NCBI GenBank assembly: GCA_951406725.2
Contig: OX597819.1
Span: forward strand, 128,154,001 to 128,218,000
Reading direction: 5' to 3'
Length of the DNA: 64,000 nucleotides
From: Octopus vulgaris
Lineage: Eukaryota
In this document: piece by piece, positions 28,040 to 40,935 of the stretch
How the letters are laid out: each line of letters starts with the position of its first letter
How positions within the stretch are numbered: position 1 is the stretch's first letter
Made by a program: the position numbers and the translations under genes
The notes under the pieces: model-generated
Told to the model about the DNA's origin: nothing
Seen by the model: only the letters and a program-made list of their open reading frames with translations
The model's database searches: none

Positions 28040-29880
28040 GTATGGAGATAGATTGTGTATATAAGAGAGAGAGAGAGGAAGGAACCTAGAACGAATGGAA
28101 CGAAGAGGATGAAAAGAAAAGAGAGTGGAACGCAAGCAAAGAGAGAAAATTCTTTACGACTTGGTGGACATGTGGCCAACAGAAAGCAATTTAAACAGGA
28201 AATTTATTGAAGCAATTCATGGTCAGATTGCCGCCACGTTCAACAAACCTGTTACTATTGATATATGTATTTTCAGTGATAAACTGGAACTTCATCGCTT
28301 AAGTGATTATGCCAAGCAGAAGCTGCTGCTGCTGCGCTGAGGTCGTTCTTGCTGTTGTTGTTGTTGTTGTTGTTTAGCCCCATATCATCTCGGATCGATA
28401 AGGCCATACCAATGTACGATGGTAAAACTGCCATTACGATCCAATCGTATAGTTTCAGACATAATGAGTCAAGTTTACATTTCTCCATAGTCTTTTCTTT
28501 AGACAGTAGAGTATGATTTCTTGTAGATTTGGTTGCTGTTTCTAGCAGACCAAGTTACTATATAAAGCTCCCCCATCCTTATTTCGTCCAACTTTATTTG
28601 TGTAGTGTATAGCGTATTACGACAGGCAGAATGCATTTTATATTTCCGTTTCAGAGAGAAATATAAAATACTAGCAGAGATACCCGGCGTTGCCCGGTTA
28701 CATTCAATTGAAGAATTAGACTTTTCTGTTATATATTCTGAATGAACTGGAATATCTATGTTTCGAATTTCATCAAAATTGCAGATGAAGGTTATTTCTC
28801 TCTTTACAAACCCTAAAAAAATTGTAATCGTGCCACATGGAAATCAAAAGACGAATGATCACAATAAGCAGTCCGTAACCCTGCCCTACTCGTTACCACT
28901 CCCAATGTAGGATTCCTCACCATCCATGAGACAGGCACAGCCGTAAGATGCATTACGAATCTATAGCAATTGGAAGGGCGTGACCCAACTGAAATCAACA
29001 TTAACAACTGTGTGACGTGAGGGCTTAGGAGAAATTAAAGTGTCACATCTGGAGTTTGCAAATGACCACTATACTGATACGTAACTGGACAGAATGTATT
29101 TAAAATCTATAAATGTCTTTGAATAACCGGTCACTCATCAGGGAAGGCCTTGTAATCAATGTTACCATCAGGGACTATGTGTGACCGAGTGATAATAAAA
29201 AGACCGAAAGGAGGTCTGCAATCAAATAACTTTACTCAACACTTTGCAACTGAATCAGTGGAGACAAAGATGCCTCTCATTTACTTAACAATTTATGCAC
29301 CACGTTGCAGAAATCACAATGCAAGTGTATGTCAAGGCAAACTGTTACACAGTTGTATCATTGAATTAGAAATAATGCCCAACTTTTATGCTCGGGTAAC
29401 CCTACAGCTTCCAAGAGCACAACTGTATTCGTTTTTGCTTAGATAAAATGACAAAATTATGGATGTTAAGTCTCCATGGAGGATTAGATCCAATGAACGC
29501 TTATGCACTTATGTACTCTTAAATTATTTTTTATAGTAGAGAGTGGAATATTGCCATTGACTATTATTTGCAAGATTAACTAAAGTTAACCTTTCAATGA
29601 CTTTCATTTCTTATTTAAACGTGGTAATTCTCTTGAAAATTTGTCGATACTCAAAGACTGAACTTTCCCCAACTGAATACTCACTATGTAGTGCCTTAAT
29701 GCTTTTTGCTGGATTTTACCTCGAGAAAGGAACCCTGAGGAAGGAGGGCTGGATTTCGAATACTTCGTACAACCACTTTTCTGAAACGGCTGCAGGTTAG
29801 GAAAAAAATTTTAATCGCCTCTTTCAATTTAGGTTTTTTATTTTTCATGTTTAAATTCGTATTTCATTGTTATGTTTATA

Positions 29881-30445
29881 TTGGGTTGTCCGGAAAGTTC
29901 GTTCCGATTTTTAAAGGAAAGTAAAGGTCACTAAATACTTGCCATTGCATTTTTAATGAACCAAATCTGAACCATTTCGTTGCACAATACGTCTCCACCT
30001 TTCCTTTACCTTGAAAATACCCTTTACCCAGAATTGGGGTGGTTTCAAGGCAAATAATTCGTCAAGGTATCTTTTTACGTCATCTAAGGAATTGAAATTT
30101 TTACCATTAAGACTTTTCTGCAGAGACCTGAATAAGTGGAAATCCGAAGGAGCAATATCTGGGGAAAAGCAGGGTGGGGGTAACACATCCCAGCCGAGCT
30201 GCAGCAATTTTTGTCTGGTTCCCAAAGCATCAAGTGCCGAAAATGAACTTTCTCATCTTTTATTTTAAAGGGTTACAGAATTAACACAGGTTATAGGAAC
30301 ATAAACCTTCTTCCACGAAAAGATAGCTTAAACTGTGCTCTAAATGGAGGTGTAGTCAAATTCTATTTTATGGACTCAAACATGTTCTAAAATAAGTCAA
30401 AAGATAAGCTACTATAAATCGGCACGAACTTTCCGGACAACCCAA
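29881..30445 (-). mobile_element. Internally deleted mariner with intact TIRs and TA duplication
   Basis: TA|TTGGGTTGTCCGGAAAGTTCGT..CGATTT ... AAATCGGCACGAACTTTCCGGACAACCCAA|TA. The transposase C-terminus SPDIAPSDFHLFRSL lies at 29953-30225. Confidence 0.95.
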
Positions 30446-30920
30446 TATTTCTATATTTTTATCATGAAACTCTTAATATAAACATGTGTATATTCGTATG
30501 GAATAATACCTCATGTGCTACATCTGAATTTTCTTGTCTGAATGTTTTAAGACAAATATCCGAAATTTTTATCGTATACCACATTTTATTAATACTTAGC
30601 TCATATACGGAGACAAAAATGTTGTACTATATACTGCAGGTTATCTCCATTAAAATTCTCGTATTATATACATTATATATATATAATATACACACTGGCG
30701 GTTTCCTGCACTTTAGTTGCTTGCTGATGTTCGAAAAGGAAACTTTTTGCTGTTATATACGATTTTTGCTCTCGTGACAGGACTAAGGCTACGTTGTTTT
30801 CCCATTATTAATAAATTGTATAATAACATTAAATTATAACTTTATATGGTGCATTTAGGCTCGTTGTGTGACCACCCATTTTGGCCAAAAAAATTGCATA
30901 CATATTACATGGTCTTTAAC

Positions 30921-31293
30921 TAATTTTGCCGGTAAATTTGAAACGTTTATATTACGTTCTGAGTTCAAATTCCACCGAGGTCGACTTTGCCTTTCATCCT
31001 TTCTAGGTCATTAAATTAAGTACCAGTTACGCACTGGGGTAGATGTAATCGACTTAATCCGTTTGTCTGTCCCTGTTTGTCCCCTCTATGTTTAGCCTCT
31101 TGTGGGCAGTAAAGAAATATATATTAATTTAGCATTAGAATTCTTCAAGTTGTATAAAAATTGTTTGCATCATTCGAAAGAGAAATAAATTTTGCATAAG
31201 GTGTAAAAGATTTAAATAATTTGTATGGTGTTAGTAACAAAATATTTTGTAAGAAATAGAACTTTTATCGTCGGTCTTAAATATATTTTCGCC
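30921..31293. repeat. ~210-bp dispersed repeat (paralog at 59882-60089) interrupted by a SINE B
   Basis: Both flanks of the SINE align contiguously with 59882-60089. Confidence 0.88.
30955..31119 (+). mobile_element. SINE family B, 5'-truncated, TSD TATATTA
   Basis: B core and tail. TATATTA lies at 30948-30954 and 31120-31126, and the empty-site paralog is at ~59908. Confidence 0.9.
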
Positions 31294-31380
31294 GGTATAT
31301 ATATCTCAGGTCTTCCCATAAGTTCTGTCCGAATTTTGGATAAAGAATCCAAGTGATCAAATGTTATATTTAATTGAAAG

Positions 31381-32378
31381 TTAATCATCAATGTACTTTC
31401 CCTGATTATCTATGACTTACTTCCATCTATTTACAAGCTTTTTAATCCCATCAGTGTAAAATTCTTTTGGTTTCAAAGCGAAGAACTCTGAAATGTCAGG
31501 TTCGACCTCCTCCTGCCTTGCGAAAGTTGTGTCCCTCTAATAATTCTGTAAACTATGAAACAAATGGTATCCTGAAGGAGTAAGGTCGGGAGAATAAGTT
31601 GGATGAAGAAATTTTTCCAAACCGACCTCTTCGATCTTCTGTGATGTGATCTTTGCAGTGTGGAGTTGCGCATTGTCCTGATGAAACATCACTCGTTTTC
31701 GACTCACTAAAGCGGCTCTTTTTTTCCTTCAAAGCTTGGTTCAAACGCTCTAATTGCTGACAGTAGACTACAGCATTGATTATTGCATTAGGTGGTAACA
31801 ATATAAAGTGAATTACGCCTTTGCAATCGCACCAGATAGAGTAGAACCTTTTTCCCATAAAGTTCCCTTCTCGGTTGTGGTTGAGCATTTTCAATTTTAC
31901 CAAGCCACTGTTTACGACGTTTAACATTTCGATAGAAAATCCATTTTTCATCACAAGTCTATCGAAAAAGGGTGAAATGAGTCTGCGAGAATGGAGAGAA
32001 GAGCAGATGTCAACTCGGGATTTGCGGTTGCTTTCGGACAATACATGAGGCACCTATTTTCCAAGTTTAGGAATCTTTCCAACGTTGTTGAAGATGACGA
32101 TGAACTGTTGTATGGTTTGAAGTAAGCTTTATTGCCAATTCTTCAACTGATAATGACGGATTTTCTTCAAGTAATGCCTCAAGGAGTTTATCATCAAACT
32201 CAACTGGACATCCTATTCGATCTTCATCTTCAAATTTGAAAATGATCTGCATGTTCTTTCATTTAAGCACTTTCCTATAAACTGAGTGTATGTTTCGAGT
32301 CACTTCGGCTGCAGAGTTACCTTTATTGTACTCATAAAGAATTATATGTGCCTTAAATGCTCCTTGGATACTTCCATG
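31381..32378 (-). pseudogene. Mariner transposase pseudogene
   Basis: MEVSKEHLRH..., EDEDRIGCPVEFDD, VPHVLSE, IWCDCKGVIHF, INAVVYCQQLERL, HQDNA, SPDLTPS.YHLF and GKYIDD*, with several frameshifts. Confidence 0.92.
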
Positions 32379-32406
32379 TTGAATGAGTTTTAATCAAAGC
32401 AATTTT

Positions 32407-33650
32407 AGGGTGTCCATGAAGACTGGGTACATGGAATAAAATCATAACATAAACAAATATAAGAAATAATAATTTTTCTTTTTTTTTAAATTAAATTTAT
32501 TTGTTATTTTTTCTACAGATAATCGAATGATGGCTCTGTCTAAAGAAGAAAGAATCCAGTTAGTATTATTAAGTGGACGAGAGGGATGGTCTTATCGCAA
32601 AATTGCGGAAGAATTTAATCTTCGACACCCTTATAGGTAACCTTTTTTTTTTACTGCCGTCGGGAAATTGATCAAGAAATTTAAAGAAACAGGCAGTGTT
32701 TTGGATAAACCCCGTTCCGGGCGACCAAAGTCTTCAGATGAAACGAAAGAGGCTGTCATAGCTAAAGTTTCTGCTAGCCCAAAGAAATCACTCGTCGGAC
32801 ATCCACGGTGTTAGGTTTTCCAAAACCAACCATCCACAAAATGCTGGTTGAGGAAAAGTTCCATCGATACAACCTACAGATATTGCATCACTTAAATGAA
32901 GACGACCCTGATAGACGAATGTAGACGTGCGAATGCTTTTCAAATAAACTGGATGAAAATATCAATTTTACGAAAAACTTTGTTGTTCAGTGACAAAGCT
33001 ACGTTTTATGTAAATGGTGAGGTAAACGGACAGAATCTTCTATACTGGTCTCGTAGTAATCCACATTGGATGGATCCATCCAAACAGCAAGGCAGCAAAA
33101 AGGTGATGGTGTGGTGTGGTTTGTGGAAAGCTCATGTTCTAGGACCCTTCTTCATTGAATATGTAACGGATGAGACTTATGTAAACATATTGAGAGACAA
33201 ATTAATATCTCAAATTGAGCGCCTAGGCCAGGGCCTTCCGAATTGGTTTCAGCAGGATGGGACCCCTACCCATTTTGCCACAATTGGCTTAATGACACTT
33301 TTCCTCACTGGATTGGAAGAAGGGCTCATATGGAAAGGTCCCCTCGTTCACCAGAACTTTCTCCCCTTGATTTCTTTTTCTGGGGTATGTTGAAAGAGAA
33401 TGATTACAATAAAAATTACAGATTTAAAACACATGAGAGAACGCATTACCAGTCAGTGTGCTGAAATTGATGGCAATGTAGACTTATTTAATCAAGTTCA
33501 CCTGAATTTTGCTAGGCGCATCAAGTTATGCATTGAAAATGATGGAAATCACTTTGAAAATATTATTTATTAACATTATAATCAAATAAAATTGGTTTGT
33601 TTTAAAAGTATGTGTTAATCCCCATGTACGCAGACTTTGTGGACACCCTC
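32407..33650 (+). mobile_element. Tc1/mariner-superfamily element (maT/rosa-like DDxD type), near full length, decayed
   Basis: TIRs AGGGTGTCCATGAAGACTGGGTACATGG and CCATGTACGCAGACTTTGTGGACACCCT. Broken ORF ~32528-33573 gives MALSKEERI, KFKETGSVLDKPRSGRP, FSDKATF, VMVWCG, GPFF, WFQQDGTPTH and PRSPELSPLDFFFWG. Confidence 0.9.
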
Positions 33651-35808
33651 TATTATTTTGTAAAACACTACTGAATTAGTTTAAACGTACACAAATGCAT
33701 AAAAATAATTTTTAATTGAATTAGACATTTGAAAATACTATTAAATTTCAATCAAATCTAAAAAAAGGTAAAATTGAACGGAACTGGTTGGATGACTTGA
33801 TATATATAATCTATGATATTCTAATAGGTGTCAAGTTTATAACACCTTGATATCTCATGTTATCTCATTTTATATGCCTAAGACGTTTATTTTCTATTCT
33901 GCTTTTTATATATTTCTATACATTATATTTCTATCTATAATTTATTTCAAGCCGAAACATAATACGATCCTTGTACAAACGAAAGAACAAAAATGTCCTC
34001 TGGAACTTTTATCTTCCACCGGTGTTTGTAATCGATGGTGACATATGCGATGATTTCGCGACTCTCTCATATTTTATAGAGAAATTGGAAGCCCCGAATG
34101 TAAGCCACCACTTTATGCATAATACAATATTGATAGTTCTCTATTTCTAACTAAAATTCTGTCCAAAATAATTATAGATTTCTATTTCTAAATGTAATTA
34201 TTTTACTTCTCGTTCAGTTTATAACTATAACACGCATTCTTGTCTGTCTCTTGACAAAGCTTTTTTTTTCTCCAGCTTTCACCACTTCACCTCGTTAGGG
34301 TTAAACAGCCCTTACCGAATGTTTTCGCTGTCCTGTTTTTGTTAGCAGGTTTGACCTTCCATTTATCTCAAATTTTATTTAATTTGCTTTGTGGGAGCAA
34401 TTGCCTTGACGAAGACACATGTTGTTCCACCGCTCGCAATTCGGAGTAGGTAAATCTGCCAACAATTGAGGAAGGGTTGTTTTTTATGCTGCCTTTGCGC
34501 TATAGTTCTCAATATATAATGGAAATTCTCCCTACCCGACACGACCTCGTCGACTGTAGGCTGGTATCTGTATACAGTCGCCCAGAGCGAACTCTGGTCG
34601 CCATAGCGCTATAGCAGAAGACACATGCCAAGTTACCACACAGTGGGACTGAACTGAGGACCAAGTGTTTTGGAACCAAGTTTGTTACCACACCTGTGTG
34701 GCTGGGTGTGTGTATCTGTATGGGTGTATATATGTATGCATGTATATATGTGTATATATATGTGTACATATTACATGTACCTCTATATATACATCTAGAC
34801 ATACATGTTTACATATACATGTATATCTATAGAAATACATCTAGAAATGTGATTACAATAGTCAAACAGTAATAATAATAACAACAAACCTTTTTAAGTT
34901 ATCCCCATTTATGTGAAACCACTTATTCAAGTTCAAGTCATTGATGCAATTTTATACGAATTGCTAATACACACACACACATAATAAGGGTGAAAAATTG
35001 AATATTAATTTGATTAATATGAATTGAAAACCAGTGGTGTAGCATATAAGACCATACCGGATCTTCTTCTAGCAAAATGGATGACCACTGTTAATGGTTC
35101 ATCCCTGTTATATAATACATTCACTTTAATAGTTTCAGCATTAAAGTGAATGTCTGCATTACAATAGAAAGTTATTTTTGTTTCACTTTTAACACGTAAT
35201 ACTGAAATAGTGGAGAAGATATGATATTGCTGTGGGGTCGCCCTAGGGAAAAAGTTAAATTTGTTTTGCCAATGACACTCCCGGACCTTAAGTAAGGCAT
35301 GCGTAAAATTTGAATGAAATTGGTTGTGTGATTCTCAAGTTTTAGGGAAACACACAGACAGACAGACACACATTCTCAATTTTATATATAGAGAGAGATA
35401 TCAAATGCTAAATTAGATTTATTGGGATGTGTAAACTATTTCTGCAACGGAAGTCTGCTAGAACAAGGTTAGCCTGTGCTGCAGAACTCAACAGCAAAAA
35501 GAACGTTTGTCTCTTGTTGTTTTTCTGTGTTTTGTTTTTTTCAAAGAATGTTAATATGAACCTTAAGAAATAATGCAATAAGTTGCAATAAGTTGCAATA
35601 GTGTGGTGAAAATTGATGGTTCAAGTAATCTTGCCCCCCAATGAAAGCATGTTCGTAGTGTCCTTGAAGGCTTAATAAGTAACATGTGCGCAATTCAGTG
35701 ACATATAACTTAGCCAATCAACCTTGGCGGGCATTTTGAACTGGCCATGATGCATACGTGCATATATATGTAGGTATACGTTCGTATATGTAAGAATTCG
35801 TATGTTGT

Positions 35809-35852
<44 letters not shown>

Positions 35853-35854
<2 letters not shown>

Positions 35855-36169
35855 TTATGTTTGTCTTCTGTGTATTCTACTGACGAGGCAAAGCATTTCT
35901 ATATGCAAAGTCAGAAATCTGGGATCTAGAATTATCCAGTAATTTTTTACTAGTTTCATTTTGTCTCTTTGTTTTCTCTCCGTGTTGATATATGGACAAT
36001 TAAGGTGGTTTTAGAGTCAGATCATGGCTGCTATTTTCAGCATTGTAGTATCTCGTAGATACCCTAATTTATAATTTTAATATATATATTTTTTTGACTT
36101 TTTATTAAAATTTATGTATTGATTAAGTCTTTCCTTGTTTGTTTTGCAAAATAGTGGTTTTGTCTCTAA

Positions 36170-36175
<6 letters not shown>
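35853..36175 (+). mobile_element. Short non-coding PLE-like element between two (TA)n tracts
   Basis: Hammerhead at 35874-35932. 36111-36166 is identical to 51889-51944. Confidence 0.7.
35874..35932 (+). ncRNA. Type I hammerhead ribozyme motif
   Basis: AUUCUA-CUGACGA-GGC-aaa-GCAU-uucuau-AUGC-aaa-GUC-a-GAAAUC-UGG-GAUC^UAGAAU. Stem I has 6 bp and there is one extra A before GAAA. Confidence 0.7.
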
Positions 36176-36223
<48 letters not shown>

Positions 36224-36586
36224 CGTATAGTATATAATGTAATGGAAGGGTGGATGGGTGGATTACTGTTATGTCAACCGCTTAGAAAGTCTTACATATT
36301 TACTCGGAGCTGAAAACGATTACTTCATATGGCGTAGATCCGTTAAGAAAGTAAAAGTATTGTGTATATTCTGATTTATTTTAAATAATTTTCTAGCCCC
36401 GTAAAAGAGAGGTTTTTCTACATTGGAATTTAGACAACTACTTCATCATATATATATGCATGTATATTTGCGTGTATGCATGAATATATGAATATATTTG
36501 CTCTATATGTGTATGTGAGTGTCATGAGTAGATCTATGTTTTGGTTTATCCATATGTATATATACATACCCTTTATATGCGTTCAC

Positions 36587-36656
<70 letters not shown>

Positions 36657-37751
36657 TTTTGTGTGTATTTTTATTTGTATTGCTTTTACGTCCTATTCTT
36701 GTCACTTTTTTTCTTTTTTTACCCCTCTGCAAAAGAATTTTATTTAATTCATTTTGCAGGAAGGACTGCTTCGACCGGATCGTGTTCTGCCCTTACCTTC
36801 GAAACACGCATTGAGTCGAACCAGGGGCAGCTGATGAAGGGCAATATTTCTTGTATTGTTTGTCTTGTACTCTGTTTTTTCGTTGTTAAAAAAAAGTCCG
36901 TTTCCTTGTTTGTTTTTATGTTTTCATTTCTCGTTGTGTTCTACGTTTATTTGTGGTGTCCTGTACTCATATATATATATGCATGTATATATACATATAG
37001 ATGTAGGTATGTACATATATGTATGTATGTATGTATGTATGCATATGTTTTATTTGTTAAATTGGTATATATTATATATATATATATTATATACGTTTTT
37101 ATTATTTTTTTTTGCAATTTACTTAATCATTGGTTTTTTATTGTTATTTTAATATTTCTATTTCTAATATGTAATTTTCTAGATGGTGCAATTTAATCGT
37201 TCATTTTGAATTGATAAAAGGTGGTTTTTTTCTAATTTTTATATATATAATATTGTGTGAAATTTGATTTAGTTTTTCTAAATTGAATTTTTTCCTGTAA
37301 GTTAGGATTAATATTCCCTCAAATAATTATTACATACACCCCCCACACACACACATGTATATATGCAAAAGTTAAACATCTACACTGTTTTATATATTTT
37401 CACACTTCTATTCATGGCATGTAATTGTAATTATTAGATTTGTCGTTTCTGGTTTTGTGAAGTCGAGTTTATCAAAAGCGGTGTTGATGCAGTGTTATTT
37501 AACCAAGTACCCCAAATAATAACAGGGTAAAATTTAAGTTATAATCAGTTTGGAGATTATGCAGAATTCTCAGTGGTTCGGCAAGGTTTTCTTATTCTTT
37601 TCTCTTTAGCTTTATGCTAACATCTGCTGGGCAACTAGTTTCCGCTACAGTGCGCATTTTCTTTTCATTGTCCCTGTTCATTTTGACTGGTGTATTTTCC
37701 TTACTTTTACACTGTTCTTGACAGCAACACACCACCAATATTCATCATATT

Positions 37752-37905
37752 GCTTTCAAATTTTGGCGCAAGGCCAGCAATTCCGGGGCAGTGGTTAAGA
37801 TGATTATATCAACCCCAGTGCTCAACTTGTACTTATTTTACCGACTTCGGCGGAATTTGAACGGACGAAATGCCACTAAGCATTTTACCCGGCATTCTAG
37901 CGCCT
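37752..37905 (-). mobile_element. Old SINE B variant with an alternative tail
   Basis: B head and core remnants with the tail GGCCTTGCGCCAAAATTTGAAA on the minus strand. Confidence 0.7.
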
Positions 37906-40635
37906 TAAACCAGTATTCTTCTTATTACGGTTTGTTTTAGCCATATGTATGTATGAATCTATGTTCGCTTTCTCTTTAATTTTAGGGGAAATTTTGACTG
38001 GCCACTTAACTGGTAGCAAGGTTGTGAAAGAAAGTATCTACTTTTAACAATCATCTTTTAAATCAAGGTCTTGTTGACATTTATATCGTAATCCTGTATG
38101 TATGGATGGATGAATAGATGCATGCATGTATGAATATGTGTTGATATGTGTGTATGATCTTCTTTGTGATATTTTACAGTGTTATTTCTTCGTAAAATTC
38201 AAGCTGATCAATAACAAAGAGACAAAGCCCGTTTGTTTAAGTCAAGACAGCGCTTGCACTTTGTGGAGACGTGAATGGCTGTATGCAGATACGTAAGAGC
38301 GTATTTAGATAAAATTGCACTTATGTGTGTATGTCTTCGTTCTTTTCATTCTTTGAATTCATCCGTAAAAATCGGGGTTGGTAACTTACTAAAAAACAAT
38401 ATTACATCACTAGAACCTAGACATCACTTAAAAGTCTTGCATAGTTTTGTAGTTTCATTTACAGATTGAATTCACAGACTACTTCATTCCCTTTGAAGAC
38501 CTTCTTTGATAGCTTTTCTCTTTGATGGTTTTTCTCTTTGAATAGAAACTCTAAATTTTAAAGATCAGTGCTTAAACTTTTAGCAACGTAATCAAGTGTA
38601 CCGTTAGTTATAGGTAGAAATATGAATTTATAATTTAGGCGGGAAAGTTGTTAGGTTCAGTGCATTTGTCCATAAAATCCCTTTAAAATATTTGAATAAA
38701 ATGTTCACCTCCAGAATAATAAGTTAGATTCTCTTTTGTTTTGTTTCTTTTCTTTAACAGCCAACTATGTTGAGACTAGTGTGTTTAACTATTACAAAAG
38801 TTGTAATGACAAACTTCCACTGTTACTCTTTCAATTAAAATGTGTTAATATATTTTAGTCTCAATAGAAAATTTTAGAATTTACCCCAGAGTAGCTTTTC
38901 CTCTTACTGGAATTATTTAAGCCAGATCATCATCCGTTGTATGAAGGGTTTACCTTATGATATTTTGATTGTGTGCGTGTTGAGTATGTATAAGTGAATA
39001 TTTCCGTTGTTGCTTAGCACCAAATCAGTTTTACTCGAGCACACCTATGTTCAATGTCATTTATACAATAATTATCTTATTTTTTAAATAATTGTTAACC
39101 TTGGACTACATTGGCTAATATGTTGTCTTTTGTTGTAGTTTTTGTTTTATGATGGCCAGATATGGTTTTCACAAAAATCTGGCCGCTATATCTAGCAGAT
39201 CAAGTTCCTGCCTTTGCTGATGTGTGAATGTTGTTGTTGATATTGTTATTTGTTGTTGTTTAACCGCCAGGTTAGCTTTTTGGTTGAGCAGGCATCATGT
39301 AGAGACTCCCTCGATAGTTCGGGTAAGTGCGTATGTGTGTGTATATATGTGTATATATGTGCGTTGTTTCTAGTGGGTGTTTCAATAACTAATCTAAGTT
39401 ATCCCTGGAGAGGATTAAATTACTTACTCACAGAGATGTTGCTAGTGCTGTAGAATTTAAAATAAACTTCTTATGGGCTGAGACTGCAATTCAAAAGAAA
39501 CACAAACTTCCGGTAGTCTGAGTTTGCATTCAAAAGAATTATGATTTCTTCAAAAAACACATTTTTACTACCATAAATAGTAAGGAAAAGAAATACAAAT
39601 TCACCGAAATATTTCTCAAATATAAAGAATCTAAAGTTAATATTTCGAGCTAACATTGGAGTTTCTGTCTGGTTGTGGCTAAATTTCTCTCAAATCATAC
39701 CGTGTCATCCATCGAACAAAGGGAATAAAGTGCTGAAGAATGTTGTTCGAGTTACAGTAATTCGAAAAAAAAAAGAGGGTATGGTCACAACTGGAACGGC
39801 TTTGATAATAAATCTACTTAGAGGCGGCTATATTGGAATAAAAAAATAATTAAGAAATTGTATCTAAAACACTTGAAAGGATTTATGATAGATCAGTATG
39901 CTAATATCCTTTTATAAAAACAAAAGTATTTTTGAGACAAATTTCCTTTTTAAAAATAATATATAAAATTTCGTTGGGAATCAGGTAAATTTAGTGATGA
40001 CGATATCGTACACAGTGATTGTGTAAGTTGTTTTACATATCAACAACAGTTTGTATATTATGTACTGGGTTTTTTTTTTTTTAGTTGCGAAAACGAAGGT
40101 GAAGCAATGATCGCTTGAATCTTTTAAGCATCATGCAAAATTCTTGCTCGTATTTTGTTGATATCCTTTACGCGCTTCTGGAGTCTGCGCAGTTGCATTG
40201 GCAAGACTTTCCCTGAAAATTACACTTACTGTATTTCTCTCTCAGCAACTACTTTTTCTCTTCGCCTTCTTCTAAAAATACGGTGTGGCGTATATTTTGA
40301 TTCTTCCCCTTCCTCTCTCTCTCTCTCTTATAGATGTTGTGACGGACAAACGAAGATCCATTTCTCTATTATAAGATTATTATTATTATTATTATTACTC
40401 ATGTTGTCACAATCTTTTTGAGAAACATGAAGTGGACAACTATTCTTAATTATTAAAGGATATGGCCTGGAATTTCAATACTATCGGCAGTAACTTAAGC
40501 GTGTGTGTGCGTGAGTGTGTCTGTCTTTCTGTCTGTGTGTCTGTCTGTCTCTCTCTCTCTGTCTGTCTCTCTCTCTCTCTCTCTGTACGTATGTATGCAT
40601 GTATGTATCTATGTAATTTTTCTTTTCTTTTTTTC

Positions 40636-40935
40636 TTTTATTCTTTTATTTGTTTCAGTCATTTGACTGCAGCCATGCTGGAGCACTACCTTTAGTGGAA
40701 CAAATCGACACCAGGATTTATTCTTTATTAACCTAGTACTTATTCTATCGGTCTCTTCTGCCGAACCGCTAAGTTACGAGGATGTAATCACACCAACACC
40801 GGTTGTCAAGCGATGGTGGGGGACAAAGACACACAAATATATATATATATATACGACGGGCTTCTTTCAGTTTCCGTCTACCAAATCCACTCATAAGGTT
40901 TTGGTCTGCCCGTTGCTATAGTAGAAGATACTTCC
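40636..40935 (-). mobile_element. SINE family A, 5'-truncated
   Basis: Reverse complement of the family A body and tail. Confidence 0.88.

Larger units (their letters stand above)
31304..33800 (-). mobile_element. Mariner element with degenerate TIRs, split by a nested Tc1/mariner-type element
   Basis: Left TIR TCAGGTCTTCCCATAAGTTCTGTCCGAATTTT compared with the right TIR read in reverse, TCAAGTCATCCAACCAGTTCCGTTCAATTTT. Both ends abut TA. Confidence 0.75.
28671..35398 (-). mobile_element. Probable decayed Helitron enclosing later insertions
   Basis: Minus strand has a 5' A|TC...TATATATAAAA...(GTCT)n end at 35398 and a 3' hairpin CCGGGCAACGCCGGG followed by CTAG|T at 28671. Faint PIF1-helicase-like motifs occur in the expected order: SSxGIAxT-like near 34390-34415, GLPEH 29388-29402, LCN 29344-29352, SHG 28923-28931 and RVG 28884-28892. 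Confidence 0.55.

Noticed and set aside
29159-29446. Plus-strand 95-aa ORF with a QGKLLHSCIIEL segment resembling a helicase motif
   Set aside because: The better-ordered helicase-like motifs are on the minus strand, so this ORF is probably incidental.
36796-36845. GAAAC...GTC...CTGATGA arrangement suggesting a type II hammerhead
   Set aside because: Stem I cannot form next to the cleavage triplet. It may be a decayed PLE-related remnant.
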